Below are positions 9,830 through 20,049 of a DNA stretch of 64,000 nt, piece by piece. The DNA comes from an uncultured delta proteobacterium (lineage in GTDB: Bacteria; Desulfobacterota; Desulfobacteria; Desulfobacterales; QNYZ01): the NCBI GenBank assembly GCA_963845145.1, contig CAWJQU010000005.1, forward strand, positions 832,001 through 896,000, written 5' to 3'. Below the pieces are notes generated by a model. The model was not told where the DNA came from, searched no databases, and saw only the letters and a list, made by a program, of their open reading frames with translations. Position numbers and translations under genes: made by a program. Within the stretch, counting starts at the first letter, position 1; every line of letters begins with the position of its first letter.

Positions 9830-10484
9830 ATCCGACTCCGCGAATGGTATGAATAAGCTTTTTATCAAAGCCTTTGTCCATTTTCTCCCTGAGATAGCAG
9901 ATTTTTGATTCAACCACATTGGTCTGAGGACTAAAATTGTAATCCCACACATGCTCCATAATCATTGTTTTGGTTACCACCTGGCCGGCATTGCGCATCA
10001 AATACTCAAGCAACGAAAATTCAAGGGGCTGTATGTCGATTTCAATATCCGCCCGGGTTACTTTTCTGGTTTGTAAATTCATTTTCAGGTCCGCGATAAC
10101 AAGGCTTGATGGATTGGCGATATGGCTGGATCTACGTATTAACGCCTGAACCCGTGCCAGGAGTTCAGAAAAAGCAAAGGGTTTTACCAGGTAATCGTCG
10201 CCCCCAGCCTGTAACCCCTTTACTCTATCACCGACAGCCCTTTTGGCACTTAAAATAATGACGGGTAAATCGATCTCCTTTTTCCGTATTTCATCGATGA
10301 TCGCCAGCCCATTTAATTTGGGAAGCATAATATCCATGATGGCCGCGTCATAAGGCTCCGTAAGGGCCAGATGCAGACCGTCTTCTCCGGTTTCAGCATG
10401 ATCGACGGCAAATCCGTTTTCTTTGAAACCGCTTATGATGAAAAGCGCAATCTTTCGATCATCTTCAACTAATAATAATCGCAT
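9810..10484 (-). CDS. OmpR/PhoB family response regulator (CusR-like)
   Basis: MRLLLVEDD, DIMLP, DDYLVKPF, winged helix ending IHTIRGVGYVL. Confidence 0.93.
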   Translation of the reverse strand: MRLLLVEDDRKIALFIISGFKENGFAVDHAETGEDGLHLALTEPYDAAIMDIMLPKLNGLAIIDEIRKKEIDLPVIILSAKRAVGDRVKGLQAGGDDYLVKPFAFSELLARVQALIRRSSHIANPSSLVIADLKMNLQTRKVTRADIEIDIQPLEFSLLEYLMRNAGQVVTKTMIMEHVWDYNFSPQTNVVESKICYLREKMDKGFDKKLIHTIRGVGYVLKKN

Positions 10485-10604
10485 CTTGTTTCCAGTCACC
10501 CATTGGACATTATTGAGAATATGGAATTATTTCCTAACATACCAATATTTTTTATAAGACGGGTAGCAACTGATATTTATCCGAATTTTAAATCAATACC
10601 ATTA

Positions 10605-10635
10605 AAAGCTTATCTAAAGATTATCACAACATTAT
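10605..10635 (-). promoter_or_regulatory. Putative OmpR-family binding site: three 9-mers at 11-bp period
   Basis: AAAGCTTAT (10605), AAAGATTAT (10616), CAACATTAT (10627); same motif and period at 16964-16994. Confidence 0.55.
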
Positions 10636-10703
10636 GTTTTTATAATCTTCACACACAGTAATAAAAATGATAATCAGCTTTTAAACCAATCTTAGCTACC
10701 TCA

Positions 10704-11780
10704 ATGAAAGAGAAAGATCCTATGGCGCTAAAGATATCCTATTCAATCATTGGAATCGTTGTCCTGTCAATCATGACAACAATCCTTTATGGAAAAGAGG
10801 AGGAAATTGATGGTCTTGAAAAACTCGCCGAAGCGATTGAAATTAGTGGCGCTGTAGAGATAGAAGCCGTTTTGGAACGGATAGAGCCCAAAGTAGGCGA
10901 AAAAGAGAAACAGAGCGACCTCACCTATTCGGTTGAATTGGGCGTTGCGGCTAAAGTCACTGATTGCTTGAAAGGTTATGTTGAATTTGCGCATGACGAA
11001 GGTGAACGTGTTGATGTTGATGAAGCCATTATTCATTATCAAGCGGAAGATGTTTTTAAGCCGGATCTTTCCTGTCAGTCTCCCTGGTATGCAAGTTTGG
11101 GTAAGATGGGCGTACCTTTCGGATACTTCGAAAACCATTTTTTAGCCGACCCAACGACACAACAATTAGGTGAGTTAAAGGAAACCGCTATCGTTTTTGG
11201 TATTCACAACGAATGGGTCAATCTGGCTACGGGTGGTTTTAATGGGGATATGGATAAGACCGGAGCGGACGATCATGTCGATAGTTTTTTGGGCTCTCTT
11301 ATGTTTACCTTACCGGAAGAGAGAATTCCTTCGGTGGCGCTGATGGGTGGCCTATCGTATATATCCAATTTGGCAGACAGCGATGAGCTCACCGATTTTA
11401 TAAAAGAAGAATTGGAATTAAACTCGATCGGGAAGTACATAAACGGTATGAGTGCATTTTTGTCCATCTCATTTAATGAACGCTATTTTATTGAAGCAGA
11501 ATATGTCGGAGCATTGCGTGCGCTCAAAGAGGATAATGAATTCAAACCGGAAGCATGGAATTTTGAATTTGCCGTTAAACCGATAGACGCCCTTGAATTA
11601 GCCGTGCGTTATGGCGGAAGTAGCCATTCGCAGAGTTTTGCCCCAAAGGCTCAATTTGGCATCGGTGGTGTATATGAAATTTTTAACAACACCTTTTTTG
11701 CTTTGGAATACCTGCATGAAACATTTGAAAGTGGTGACGAAATAGAAACCATATCAAGTCAATTTTCGATTGAGTTTTAG
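10704..11780 (+). CDS. LbtU-like outer membrane porin
   Basis: Signal peptide, ISGAVEIEA, VELGVAAKV, VDEAII, GKMGVPFGYFENHF..DP, C-terminal Phe beta-signal. Confidence 0.75.
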   Translation: MKEKDPMALKISYSIIGIVVLSIMTTILYGKEEEIDGLEKLAEAIEISGAVEIEAVLERIEPKVGEKEKQSDLTYSVELGVAAKVTDCLKGYVEFAHDEGERVDVDEAIIHYQAEDVFKPDLSCQSPWYASLGKMGVPFGYFENHFLADPTTQQLGELKETAIVFGIHNEWVNLATGGFNGDMDKTGADDHVDSFLGSLMFTLPEERIPSVALMGGLSYISNLADSDELTDFIKEELELNSIGKYINGMSAFLSISFNERYFIEAEYVGALRALKEDNEFKPEAWNFEFAVKPIDALELAVRYGGSSHSQSFAPKAQFGIGGVYEIFNNTFFALEYLHETFESGDEIETISSQFSIEF

Positions 11781-11787
11781 ATTATAT

Positions 11788-13269
11788 TTACCCGGAAAAC
11801 CTCGCCAAATACATTGTCCAATAATCACCCTGGCTTTCAACGATCGTGATACCTTGCTCGTTAAGCTTATTATATAAATCTTGGGAATATTTAGGCCGCG
11901 AAATAAAAATATAGGGTTGGGAACGATTTCGTTTGGAGATGTCTTTTAAGAATGCTTCAAGGGTATTGTCGTACCCCATCTTTTTTCTGTTCGATAGACG
12001 GGTGAGATTTCCATCCAGGTAAAACTGTAAGCCAAAGAGTTTATTTTCCCGATAGGTGACAAATTGCGCTTTATTTTCAACTAGATCATTACTCAGAGAA
12101 TATAAATGCCGCATATTATTTTTATGGCTGTACTGGGCTGCATACCCTTTCACGCCGATTATTACCATTCCTGAAATGAAGGCGATCTGAGCTACTTTTC
12201 TTAATGGGATAACATTTTTGGAGCCAATCCCGCGCCCAATGACCAACACCACGGGGGCATAAAGCGGCAAAACATATAGCGGTAACCGGCTTTGTGTGAT
12301 GAAAAATACCAATAACGGAATCGATATCCATAGAAATAAAAAAGCCCCGTTCCCACCACCACGCAGGTAGTCTCCAATCGTTTTCGGGGAAAATAACTGT
12401 TTTTCGATAGCCGTTTTAACCAAGTAATACAGCCATGGCCCCGCACCCAAAGTTAGAAACGGGATATACATGGTAAACGGTTTGTACCATTCTGAATTCC
12501 GGTGAAAAGTATCGGTTGTGACCCTAGCCACCAGTTCCTGTCCTAAAAAATAGTGCCACAGTCCCGGATGACGAAAGCTGACCAAAACATACCACCCAAA
12601 GCCAATGGTCAGAAATGCACTTGTTCCTAGCAGTGTTAAAATTTTCAACCTGTTTTTAGTGATCAGATGCCATGTGATAATTACCGATAACGGTAATAGG
12701 GCAGGTGGGCCTTTTGTTAAGAAGCCGAGCCCGAAAGATATCCACATGGCGGCCACCCATTTTCCGGATTTGGCTCGATCTGTCGTTTCGGTTGCCCTGA
12801 GATAACAAAAAACCGCAGCGGTTTCCCATAAAGTCAGCACGGTATCGGTGTTGACGGTCGTCATGCTGATAATCGTTGAAATAGAGGTCGAATAGATAAA
12901 CCCCGCCACAATACCGGTCCGTTTATCCCAAAGAATCGTTCCAATATGGGTCACCAGTAGAACGGTTAAAATGAACGCAACGGCATTATAAAAACGGACG
13001 CCCCATTCATTTTGGCCGAATACCTTCATCCCCCCGGCGATGGCCCAGTATACCAAAGGGGGTTTGGTCCAGTGGGGCTGATAATCTAATGACGGCTCAA
13101 GATAATTACCGCTTTCAACCATTTCCCGGGCAACCTCAGCGTAGCGCCCCTCTGTCGTTTCGTACAACCCCCGTGAGCCCTGGAAAGCCAAAGCGATAAT
13201 GATCGTCATGGCCAGCATGAGCCAATAAAATCGATTGACGGCTGGATCTTCCATCTGATTATTTCTCAT
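11788..13269 (-). CDS. ArnT/GT39-83 family lipid-linked sugar transferase
   Basis: EGRYAEVAREM, KPPLVYW, GFLTKGP, YVLPL; polytopic membrane protein. Confidence 0.88.
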   Translation of the reverse strand: MRNNQMEDPAVNRFYWLMLAMTIIIALAFQGSRGLYETTEGRYAEVAREMVESGNYLEPSLDYQPHWTKPPLVYWAIAGGMKVFGQNEWGVRFYNAVAFILTVLLVTHIGTILWDKRTGIVAGFIYSTSISTIISMTTVNTDTVLTLWETAAVFCYLRATETTDRAKSGKWVAAMWISFGLGFLTKGPPALLPLSVIITWHLITKNRLKILTLLGTSAFLTIGFGWYVLVSFRHPGLWHYFLGQELVARVTTDTFHRNSEWYKPFTMYIPFLTLGAGPWLYYLVKTAIEKQLFSPKTIGDYLRGGGNGAFLFLWISIPLLVFFITQSRLPLYVLPLYAPVVLVIGRGIGSKNVIPLRKVAQIAFISGMVIIGVKGYAAQYSHKNNMRHLYSLSNDLVENKAQFVTYRENKLFGLQFYLDGNLTRLSNRKKMGYDNTLEAFLKDISKRNRSQPYIFISRPKYSQDLYNKLNEQGITIVESQGDYWTMYLARFSG

Positions 13270-13361
13270 GGTAGGGAAACCAAAGATTGCTGAGGTATAA
13301 AATTATTCCAAAAACCGTAACGAGCATGAATCCCAAAATTACCATTGGAGTATTAAAGGTT

Positions 13362-13646
13362 TCAGCTACCCATTGGTTCAAGGGATCCCCCGGTTTTTTC
13401 CCGATTTATAAGATATAGATTTCGGCAGTAGATAATTATTCCGGTGGATTGGCCCAGTATAAAAACCGGGTCTTTGCGGTGAATGGCATAAAGCAAAAGC
13501 AGGGCGGACCCAACAATACTTAGATACCAGAATGCGACCGGCATCACACTTTTTCTTGCTTTTTCGCTTGCCAGCCATTGAACAAAAAAACGGGCTGAAA
13601 ACAATGTCTGCGCAAAAAAACCCACAACCAGCCATAACGTATTCAT
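13362..13646 (-). CDS. Lipid A biosynthesis N-terminal (LAB_N) domain small membrane protein
   Basis: GFFAQTLFSARFFVQWLASE..KSVMPVAFWYLS..YAIHRKDPVFILGQ..IYCRNL. Confidence 0.88.
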   Translation of the reverse strand: MNTLWLVVGFFAQTLFSARFFVQWLASEKARKSVMPVAFWYLSIVGSALLLLYAIHRKDPVFILGQSTGIIIYCRNLYLINREKTGGSLEPMGS

Positions 13647-13742
13647 CGTTAATTTCCTTGTGATTTGTTATCGTTGAAAATGAAATTCCATGATTATGTT
13701 ATTTGTGGGCATTTATAGATGAAAACAGATATTCAAAAGCAA

Positions 13743-15410
13743 CTATAAAGACGTTAAAAAATACTGATGCCCACGTCCGACGTGTTTTTTGTAATGCACC
13801 TTGATTTTATTACGAACTTCCGAGGGGCAAGTCATAAACTCTGTGTCGCGGATGATGACCCAACCCGTTGTATGATTTTTCCAAAAATCAACCATATCGT
13901 CACAGGATACCAGCTCGACGAGAGGAAAATCCCCATAGAAACGATACGCGGAACGATATCTAACCATCCCAACCACAGGCTCTCCGATTTGCTTATGGAT
14001 TATTTCATTGGTCCGCGCCATAAAGTTTTTTGCACTGCGAAAAGGGCTAATCCAAGGCATGATGAATGAATACATCAAGATATTGATCAACAGCATTGCA
14101 ATGATAGCGCCGCCAAAAGCGTAACGTGCATTGTGGTTGAAACCAAAATAAACGATAGCTGTCGACAGTGGTATCAATAAGATACCGAAACAGGCTATCA
14201 TGGCGCTTGGAATGGGTGTTTCGATCCAGTTAAAAGGTAATTTTATTAATCCGCTCGCAACAATAACGCACGACAATCCCAAGGCAAAAACAATAAGCCC
14301 CAAGGCACCCCAGGCTGACTTTTCTTTCAAGTTGAATTTCGGTTTTACCAATAATGAGTTTATTTTCAGTGCGACCAAATAGGCTGCAAACGGAAAAAGG
14401 GGCAGCAAATAGAGATTTCTTTTCCCTCTGGATAGGCTGAAAAACAGGATTGTAAATACGATAATCACCCATGAATATTTTTGCCGACTGTCTAAGGCCG
14501 ACCATTTTTTGCGAGTGAACGGGATAGCAAGCAACAGGATAGGCGTCCATGGCAAAAAATCGTACTGGAAAGTCACCAGAAAATAGTAAAACGGCCTTAA
14601 ATGCACCCAGGAATTAAAATAACGCACAACGGTTTGTTTAAAAAGCAAATTATCAAGATAGAGCCATTGGTTGTAACTATTGACGGCCACCAACAGGAAA
14701 ACCAGCCACATCAAAATCGGAATGAATCCCCATAAAACGCCTTTGACCGGTATATTCCGCCAAGCCCCGCGGCCTTCGAGAAGGGCAAAAGTGCAAGCAC
14801 TGCCAATGGGGATAAACAGTCCCACCGGTCCTTTTGTGAGCATTCCGGCACCCAGGCACATGCCGAGCCAAAAGGGGCTATAAGATTTACCCTGAATGGC
14901 ATAAAAAACGATAATAAGGGCAGCCGTAGTAAAAACGGTGAGTACCATATCGATTTGCGCCATACGGGCTTGGAAAAAAAATTTTGCACAACTCATTAAA
15001 ACCAGTATGGTGAGAATCGACACATGTGTCGATTTGTCATCCCACCTGCTCCAACGCCACATGAAAATAAGGACAAGCGTTGCCGCGATAGCCGAGGGGA
15101 GTCTCGCCGTCCAAGCGTTTACCAACCCTCCAGCCGCATGCGCCAAAATGCCGATCGTCCAAAAGAATAATGGCGGCTTTTCCGAATACGGGGTTTGGTT
15201 TTGGTGCAGTATTATCCAATGGTTGCCCGTCAACATCTCCCTGGCAACCAATGCATACCGTGGCTCATCCGGTGCTGACAAATCATACCCGCCGAGGTTT
15301 AAAAAAAAGAACACCAGGACTAAAAAACCCAGACCTAATCGTGTCTGCATGGAACCATTCAGATGTTTTGGTTTATAATCCGGTATTTGATTTGTCTTCG
15401 TTTGATCCAT
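13743..15410 (-). CDS. Second ArnT/GT39-83 family transferase (start may be 15350)
   Basis: DEPRYALVAREM, EKPPLFFW, ARLPSA, GMLTKGPVG, KRNLYLLP. Confidence 0.88.
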   Translation of the reverse strand: MDQTKTNQIPDYKPKHLNGSMQTRLGLGFLVLVFFFLNLGGYDLSAPDEPRYALVAREMLTGNHWIILHQNQTPYSEKPPLFFWTIGILAHAAGGLVNAWTARLPSAIAATLVLIFMWRWSRWDDKSTHVSILTILVLMSCAKFFFQARMAQIDMVLTVFTTAALIIVFYAIQGKSYSPFWLGMCLGAGMLTKGPVGLFIPIGSACTFALLEGRGAWRNIPVKGVLWGFIPILMWLVFLLVAVNSYNQWLYLDNLLFKQTVVRYFNSWVHLRPFYYFLVTFQYDFLPWTPILLLAIPFTRKKWSALDSRQKYSWVIIVFTILFFSLSRGKRNLYLLPLFPFAAYLVALKINSLLVKPKFNLKEKSAWGALGLIVFALGLSCVIVASGLIKLPFNWIETPIPSAMIACFGILLIPLSTAIVYFGFNHNARYAFGGAIIAMLLINILMYSFIMPWISPFRSAKNFMARTNEIIHKQIGEPVVGMVRYRSAYRFYGDFPLVELVSCDDMVDFWKNHTTGWVIIRDTEFMTCPSEVRNKIKVHYKKHVGRGHQYFLTSL

Positions 15411-16075
15411 AGAAAAGCCATTGTGTCGATAAATGGTCCGATCAACCTGTTTCGTAAGTGATATTTAGCTGTTCCGGCAACCCTTGGAAAATGTCGTACC
15501 GGGGCTTGCTTGACCCTTCCGCCCTCAAGTTGCACCAAAGCAGGAATAAACCGGTGCATCCCAATGAAGAATGGTATCTTACGAGCGAATTCTGTTTTTA
15601 TTACTTTCAGGGGACAACAAGTATCCTCGATATTGTCCCGAATCATTATTTTGCGAAATTTATTGGCAAATCGTGACGATATCTTCTTTACAATCCCATC
15701 CTTCCGCTTGACACGAATTCCATTCACCAGATCATATTCAGGGAAAAACTTGAGCAGATGTAAAAAATCGAGGGGTAAGGTCTGGATATCGGCGTCAATA
15801 TAACCGACCAGAGAAGTTTCGCAGACATCTATACCAGCCTTGATTGCCGTGCTCAGCCCTGAATTGGCATCTAATACAATGAATTTATATCTGCTATTGA
15901 GCGTACAAATATGCTCAATTATCGCCTGGCTGTTGTCTGTTGAGCCATCGTTGACGAAGAGAACGATCGTATTTTTAGACGCTTGAGATAAGAACTTATC
16001 CATTTCGCCCTGGAAGTACTTCAGACACGGCGCTTCATTATATACCGGTACAATGATCGTTAACTGGTCGTTCAA
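15359..16075 (-). CDS. GT2 polyprenyl-phosphate glycosyltransferase (ArnC/DPM1-like)
   Basis: IIVPVYNE, VNDGSTD, IDADIQ, DTCCPLK, MHRFIPAL, HFPRVAGTAKY. Confidence 0.9.
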   Translation of the reverse strand: MNDQLTIIVPVYNEAPCLKYFQGEMDKFLSQASKNTIVLFVNDGSTDNSQAIIEHICTLNSRYKFIVLDANSGLSTAIKAGIDVCETSLVGYIDADIQTLPLDFLHLLKFFPEYDLVNGIRVKRKDGIVKKISSRFANKFRKIMIRDNIEDTCCPLKVIKTEFARKIPFFIGMHRFIPALVQLEGGRVKQAPVRHFPRVAGTAKYHLRNRLIGPFIDTMAFLWIKRRQIKYRIINQNI

Positions 16076-16136
16076 TCCGTCATAACCTTCTGGATGTTAT
16101 TATCTGTCATACGCGTGATACGATCCGCAGGCATGT

Positions 16137-16823
16137 CTAGAAGTGAACCCCAAGTCCAACATAACCCCCATACTGCATATAGTTATCTATGCTGCTTGTA
16201 CGTCCCGAAACGCTATCCTTTACTTCCCAGTCGGCTAAATGATATTCAGCCTTTGCCCCTAAACCCAAAGACAAATTGCGCCAAACCATCCAACGCACAC
16301 CAGCATTCAGATACGGGATAAATTCTGTTCCCGGATCGGCTGAGATGTTGTATGTACCCCCCCCTTCAACCTGACTTGTGATATCGTCAGCGTCCAATAG
16401 TCCGATACCGAGTCCACCTCCTACATAGGGTCTAAAACGCTGGTTGGGCATGAATTCGCGCTCAACACCTGCTCCGAAAATAATTCCTGACACCAGAGAG
16501 TCGGTTTCATCCACGGAATTAATTCCTAATACTTTGTAAGGTCTTTCAAAATCATATTCCGCGTAATCCAGGGCCAGGGCGAGATGCCACCCTTCAAACA
16601 GGCGATAACGGCCAATTAGCCCTACTCTGGGCATGTCATGCGCGGGCTCCCCGTCTCCAGTGGTCATCGTAATACGAGGTTCTACGAGAAACTTGTTATC
16701 TGTTTTGGCCGTAGTAGTGTTGCTCTGTGCAAACACAATCGTAGAACTGGTTAAAATCGCAATGCTGATGATGATGGAAATCTTTGCCATTAGATTGATT
16801 CGGAACATAATAAATTTCTCCAT
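16137..16823 (-). CDS. Small outer membrane beta-barrel protein
   Basis: Signal peptide, alternating beta strands, RPYVGGGLG, C-terminal YVGLGVHF. Confidence 0.78.
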   Translation of the reverse strand: MEKFIMFRINLMAKISIIISIAILTSSTIVFAQSNTTTAKTDNKFLVEPRITMTTGDGEPAHDMPRVGLIGRYRLFEGWHLALALDYAEYDFERPYKVLGINSVDETDSLVSGIIFGAGVEREFMPNQRFRPYVGGGLGIGLLDADDITSQVEGGGTYNISADPGTEFIPYLNAGVRWMVWRNLSLGLGAKAEYHLADWEVKDSVSGRTSSIDNYMQYGGYVGLGVHF

Positions 16824-16963
16824 TTCCTGACTAAAGGTTGATAAACGGTTTTGTGTACCATCAGAAATAGGTTTATACTTTGATAGTTTTTAATCAAATT
16901 GATATTCTATAAAATATCACTCACCCACGCCCTCATTAATGAATGCAATATGGATTATCATAT

Positions 16964-16994
16964 AAAGATTATATAAAGATTATTTGGAAATTAT
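16964..16994 (-). promoter_or_regulatory. Putative OmpR-family binding site: 11-bp-period direct repeats
   Basis: AAAGATTAT (16964), AAAGATTAT (16975), GGAAATTAT (16986). Confidence 0.55.
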
Positions 16995-17188
16995 AATTTG
17001 ATAATGTTAGGGGTATAAAGACGCGAGAATGTCGTAGTAGTGAGAAAAACGGCTATTTTTAGTAGATCGGGGATGAACGCCTCGATTATGGAATTGAATC
17101 GGTTGCGTGTTGATATAATATTTAAAAAACAAACATAGTGAAATGCAAAACTTCTCTTTGGTATCCACTTCTGGAGAAAAAGAATTTA

Positions 17189-17455
17189 TTACCAATCGAT
17201 TAGATTGTTGACTTTGTCCATTTTTATGATGCGAGAAGCGATCCATCCACCGATAAAAAGAGACAGCACGGTAACAATGGTAATGATTATAGCTTTAAGT
17301 AGAAAGGACATGAACGTCTCATTATTAAGCTGAATTGATAGGATATGGATAAATGATTCACTAATCGTGAACGATACCATTTTTGAGGCGATATCAGCCG
17401 TTTTCTCGACAAGGTCGACACTGCCGAGAATTTTTATGGGTAAGTTGAAAAGCAT
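17189..17455 (-). CDS. Possible small membrane protein or gene remnant
   Basis: 88-aa ORF with GGGGGAAG RBS and one strong TM segment; no recognised family. Confidence 0.3.
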   Translation of the reverse strand: MLFNLPIKILGSVDLVEKTADIASKMVSFTISESFIHILSIQLNNETFMSFLLKAIIITIVTVLSLFIGGWIASRIIKMDKVNNLIDW

Positions 17456-17564
17456 TTTTTACTTCCCCCCTGATTAGCAATGTGATCTCTTTGTCCAAGA
17501 AAGGGCTCTATTCGTCTCTAAAATCGGTCTGATATTTGACACGAGTAGAGCCCTGCAATGGTTG

Positions 17565-18466
17565 TTAGCGTTTATGCTTCAATTTCTTCCCAAGCAACTT
17601 TCCTTTTCTACTGACAAAACCATAGTCGACCAGTTTAAGCTCTTGATCCTGTACAATTCCAATTCTGGGCAGTATATTTTGGCATCCCCATCTCCACACG
17701 CATCCACGGCCGTGGGAGTGGGATTGGTGTCGTTTATCTGGACACAGTTCTTCCAGCTACCGATATCCCCAATAAATTCTATCCCCATTTTCACATGTTC
17801 TCCACGATCCACTGCAGCCGGTGGCGCTACTTCCTGGAAGTACTTCGCGCCCAGCAGAAAGGTTCCCGGCATTATAATGCCGGGTCTTGCGATAAACCCA
17901 GTTGGATCATCTCCTGGTGGTTTTCCCGCTTCCCATGACCCTTCATTGCTCTCATCACCTTCGCATTCGTCATTTTCATCAAAGCCATCTTCGCAGTCAC
18001 GAGACCATTCCCCGAAGTAGTAAACGTCGTTGGTCTTGTCGCATATGGCAAACCAGTTCAGGGAGATCTCGACGGTCTTCCAATCCCCTTCTTCGCCTCC
18101 TTCGCCTTCTTCCCATTCAAGAGCCCGCTCCTCGACCACCCTGGTGTTGATCTTACGACCGTCGAGGTTGATCTTTTTTGTTTTACGAAGAACTGTTACC
18201 ACCTCACGTTCTTCCCCGTCTTCGTCTTCAAGAACAAATTGAAAACCCGGTAAAAGAATAAAGTAAGGATTATATCCCCTGGCTTTAAATTGACAGTTAT
18301 CGATTAGAAAGTCTTGGGTAAACTCGTCATTGTTTCCACAATTGTTGGGAAATTCACCCTCCTGCGCTAGCGCAACATCGCTTGAGAGATCGATAAAAAT
18401 AAAAACAGCAAAAATGATTCCCATAAATAAAATGGCCGCTATAAGGCTTCTTTTCAAAAACATCAC
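17565..18466 (-). CDS. Secreted acidic hypothetical protein; 1-nt frameshift near 17665
   Basis: Signal anchor, NPYFILLPG, VYYFGE, GSWEAG, PGIIMPG; adding one G gives CPGIGIVQDQELKLVDYGF ending at TAA 17565 (ORF as given stops at 17579). Confidence 0.72.
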
Positions 18467-18563
18467 TACCTCCTTTTTAAAAATTCCCCTAAGGATTACT
18501 ATCTATCGTTTGAAAGAGGGCCTTTTTTATGCAAGTGATCACCCTAGGGGGTGGTTGTTCAAC

Positions 18564-18708
18564 AAAAAAAGGCCTCAACCTGGAGATTGAGAGCCCATTG
18601 ACATACCACCCGTGTATCGCTATTATATTAAACGCTTGGGTGTGCCGTCAGGCCCTCAGGTTTTCTAAGCCAAGCACCGGGACCCGCCAAAGTCGCGTGC
18701 TTGGCTTA
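18564..18708 (-). promoter_or_regulatory. Structured 5' leader with terminator/antiterminator alternatives
   Basis: Perfect 12-bp hairpin 18666-18708, long stem 18588-18658, terminator stem 18571-18595 followed by 7 U. Confidence 0.55.
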
Positions 18709-18848
18709 TTTTCATTGGACCGATATTTCAACGGGTCGCAATGAAATTTGTTTCGTAACGGATTTAGGATTCGGTTCCTATTTCACCCCCTTTCCGGACG
18801 ATTGTGCATTTCTATCGTATTTACGTCTAAATTCTAAATCTGATTAAT

Positions 18849-20048
18849 CTATTCGGTTTCAAAGGAGACCTTATCAGCTACGACAACGCCCTCACGCAGC
18901 CTGCCCTTGATTTCTAAAAGTATCCCTAAAACAATATCCTGGGGTTCGATATCTTCAAATACCGTTTCCGGAGTGGTAATGACCTGTTGGTCGTCAATGG
19001 AAAATTGTGAGTCCGAGGCGACATCAGTAACAATCCCTTCTATTTCAATTTGATCTGGCTCCCAGAATTCAATCTCGTGGGCATATAAAATGCCACCCAC
19101 TAGCGTCCCCTCTGCGCTTAGTTTTATGCCCGGGCCAATATCCGCCTGCTCCCCGTCGACAATTTCGGCACCATTTTCAATAATGACCGCTTGGGTGCCG
19201 ACCATAAATTCGGATATGGATACAAATTGGGTGACAAAACCGGTTACTTCAATTTCATCGGCATCCTCTGCCCTTAAATCAGCCTCCAAGTCGATCTTCG
19301 TTGCAGACAGTTTTGTACCTTCGGGATCCAGCGTTCCTTCCGCCTCTACCCGAAGGCCTTCGGTTGGCACACCGTCCGGTAAATCACCCGTGTCGGCCAA
19401 GGAGTAGTCCACCGTGAGTTCGTTTATTCGGAATGTTTGTTCAACACTATCGAGATTCGTTACCACGCCGTTGACCTCAAAAGTGGTGCCTGAATCGAAC
19501 GTTCCCGTTTTTTGAATAAAAGTGGCCCAAATGGTCTCCTTGTCATCGAAAAACCCACTAACCGCCACGGCATCATTTAGGGTGATATTATTGAAAGTAA
19601 GATTTTTGAATTGGGTAAGCGTGTTGATGATAACCGTTTGTCCCATCACCGTAATTTCTTTGGTTTCGCGTCCAATGGCACGGATCGTTTCAACCGGGCC
19701 TTCAACATTGTTGCGATAGATTACCTGGCGGGCCACAGCCTTGCCATCCACCTCGTTCTCCGGCCCCTCAATGGTGACCACTCTGCCGATATCAAGGTTG
19801 GCGCGAATCACCGCATCACCTGTTCCGATCGTTTCACCATTGATGATAAGTGTAGCCTTACCGGTGTCGAAAGTGGTTCCGTTGACCACAATACTCCCAA
19901 AACCATCAACCGTACCCTTACTGATGATACCGCTGCCCCCGATGCCGCCTCCGGCACTCATTCCATTGCCGCCCCCGCCGCCACAGGCGTTCAAGCAAAA
20001 AGCAATTGAAAACAGTAGCACAATGCGCATTAAGTGGACGGGTTTCAT
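18849..20048 (-). CDS. DUF5666 repeat lipoprotein
   Basis: Lipobox LNAC then Gly linker GGGIGGSG, GTVDGFGSIVVNG, repeated small beta domains (VEG.V, EVNGVV, EVTGFV, EIEGIV); ATG 20048 follows the DUF6502 stop. Confidence 0.82.
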   Translation of the reverse strand: MKPVHLMRIVLLFSIAFCLNACGGGGGNGMSAGGGIGGSGIISKGTVDGFGSIVVNGTTFDTGKATLIINGETIGTGDAVIRANLDIGRVVTIEGPENEVDGKAVARQVIYRNNVEGPVETIRAIGRETKEITVMGQTVIINTLTQFKNLTFNNITLNDAVAVSGFFDDKETIWATFIQKTGTFDSGTTFEVNGVVTNLDSVEQTFRINELTVDYSLADTGDLPDGVPTEGLRVEAEGTLDPEGTKLSATKIDLEADLRAEDADEIEVTGFVTQFVSISEFMVGTQAVIIENGAEIVDGEQADIGPGIKLSAEGTLVGGILYAHEIEFWEPDQIEIEGIVTDVASDSQFSIDDQQVITTPETVFEDIEPQDIVLGILLEIKGRLREGVVVADKVSFETE

Positions 20049-20049
20049 T

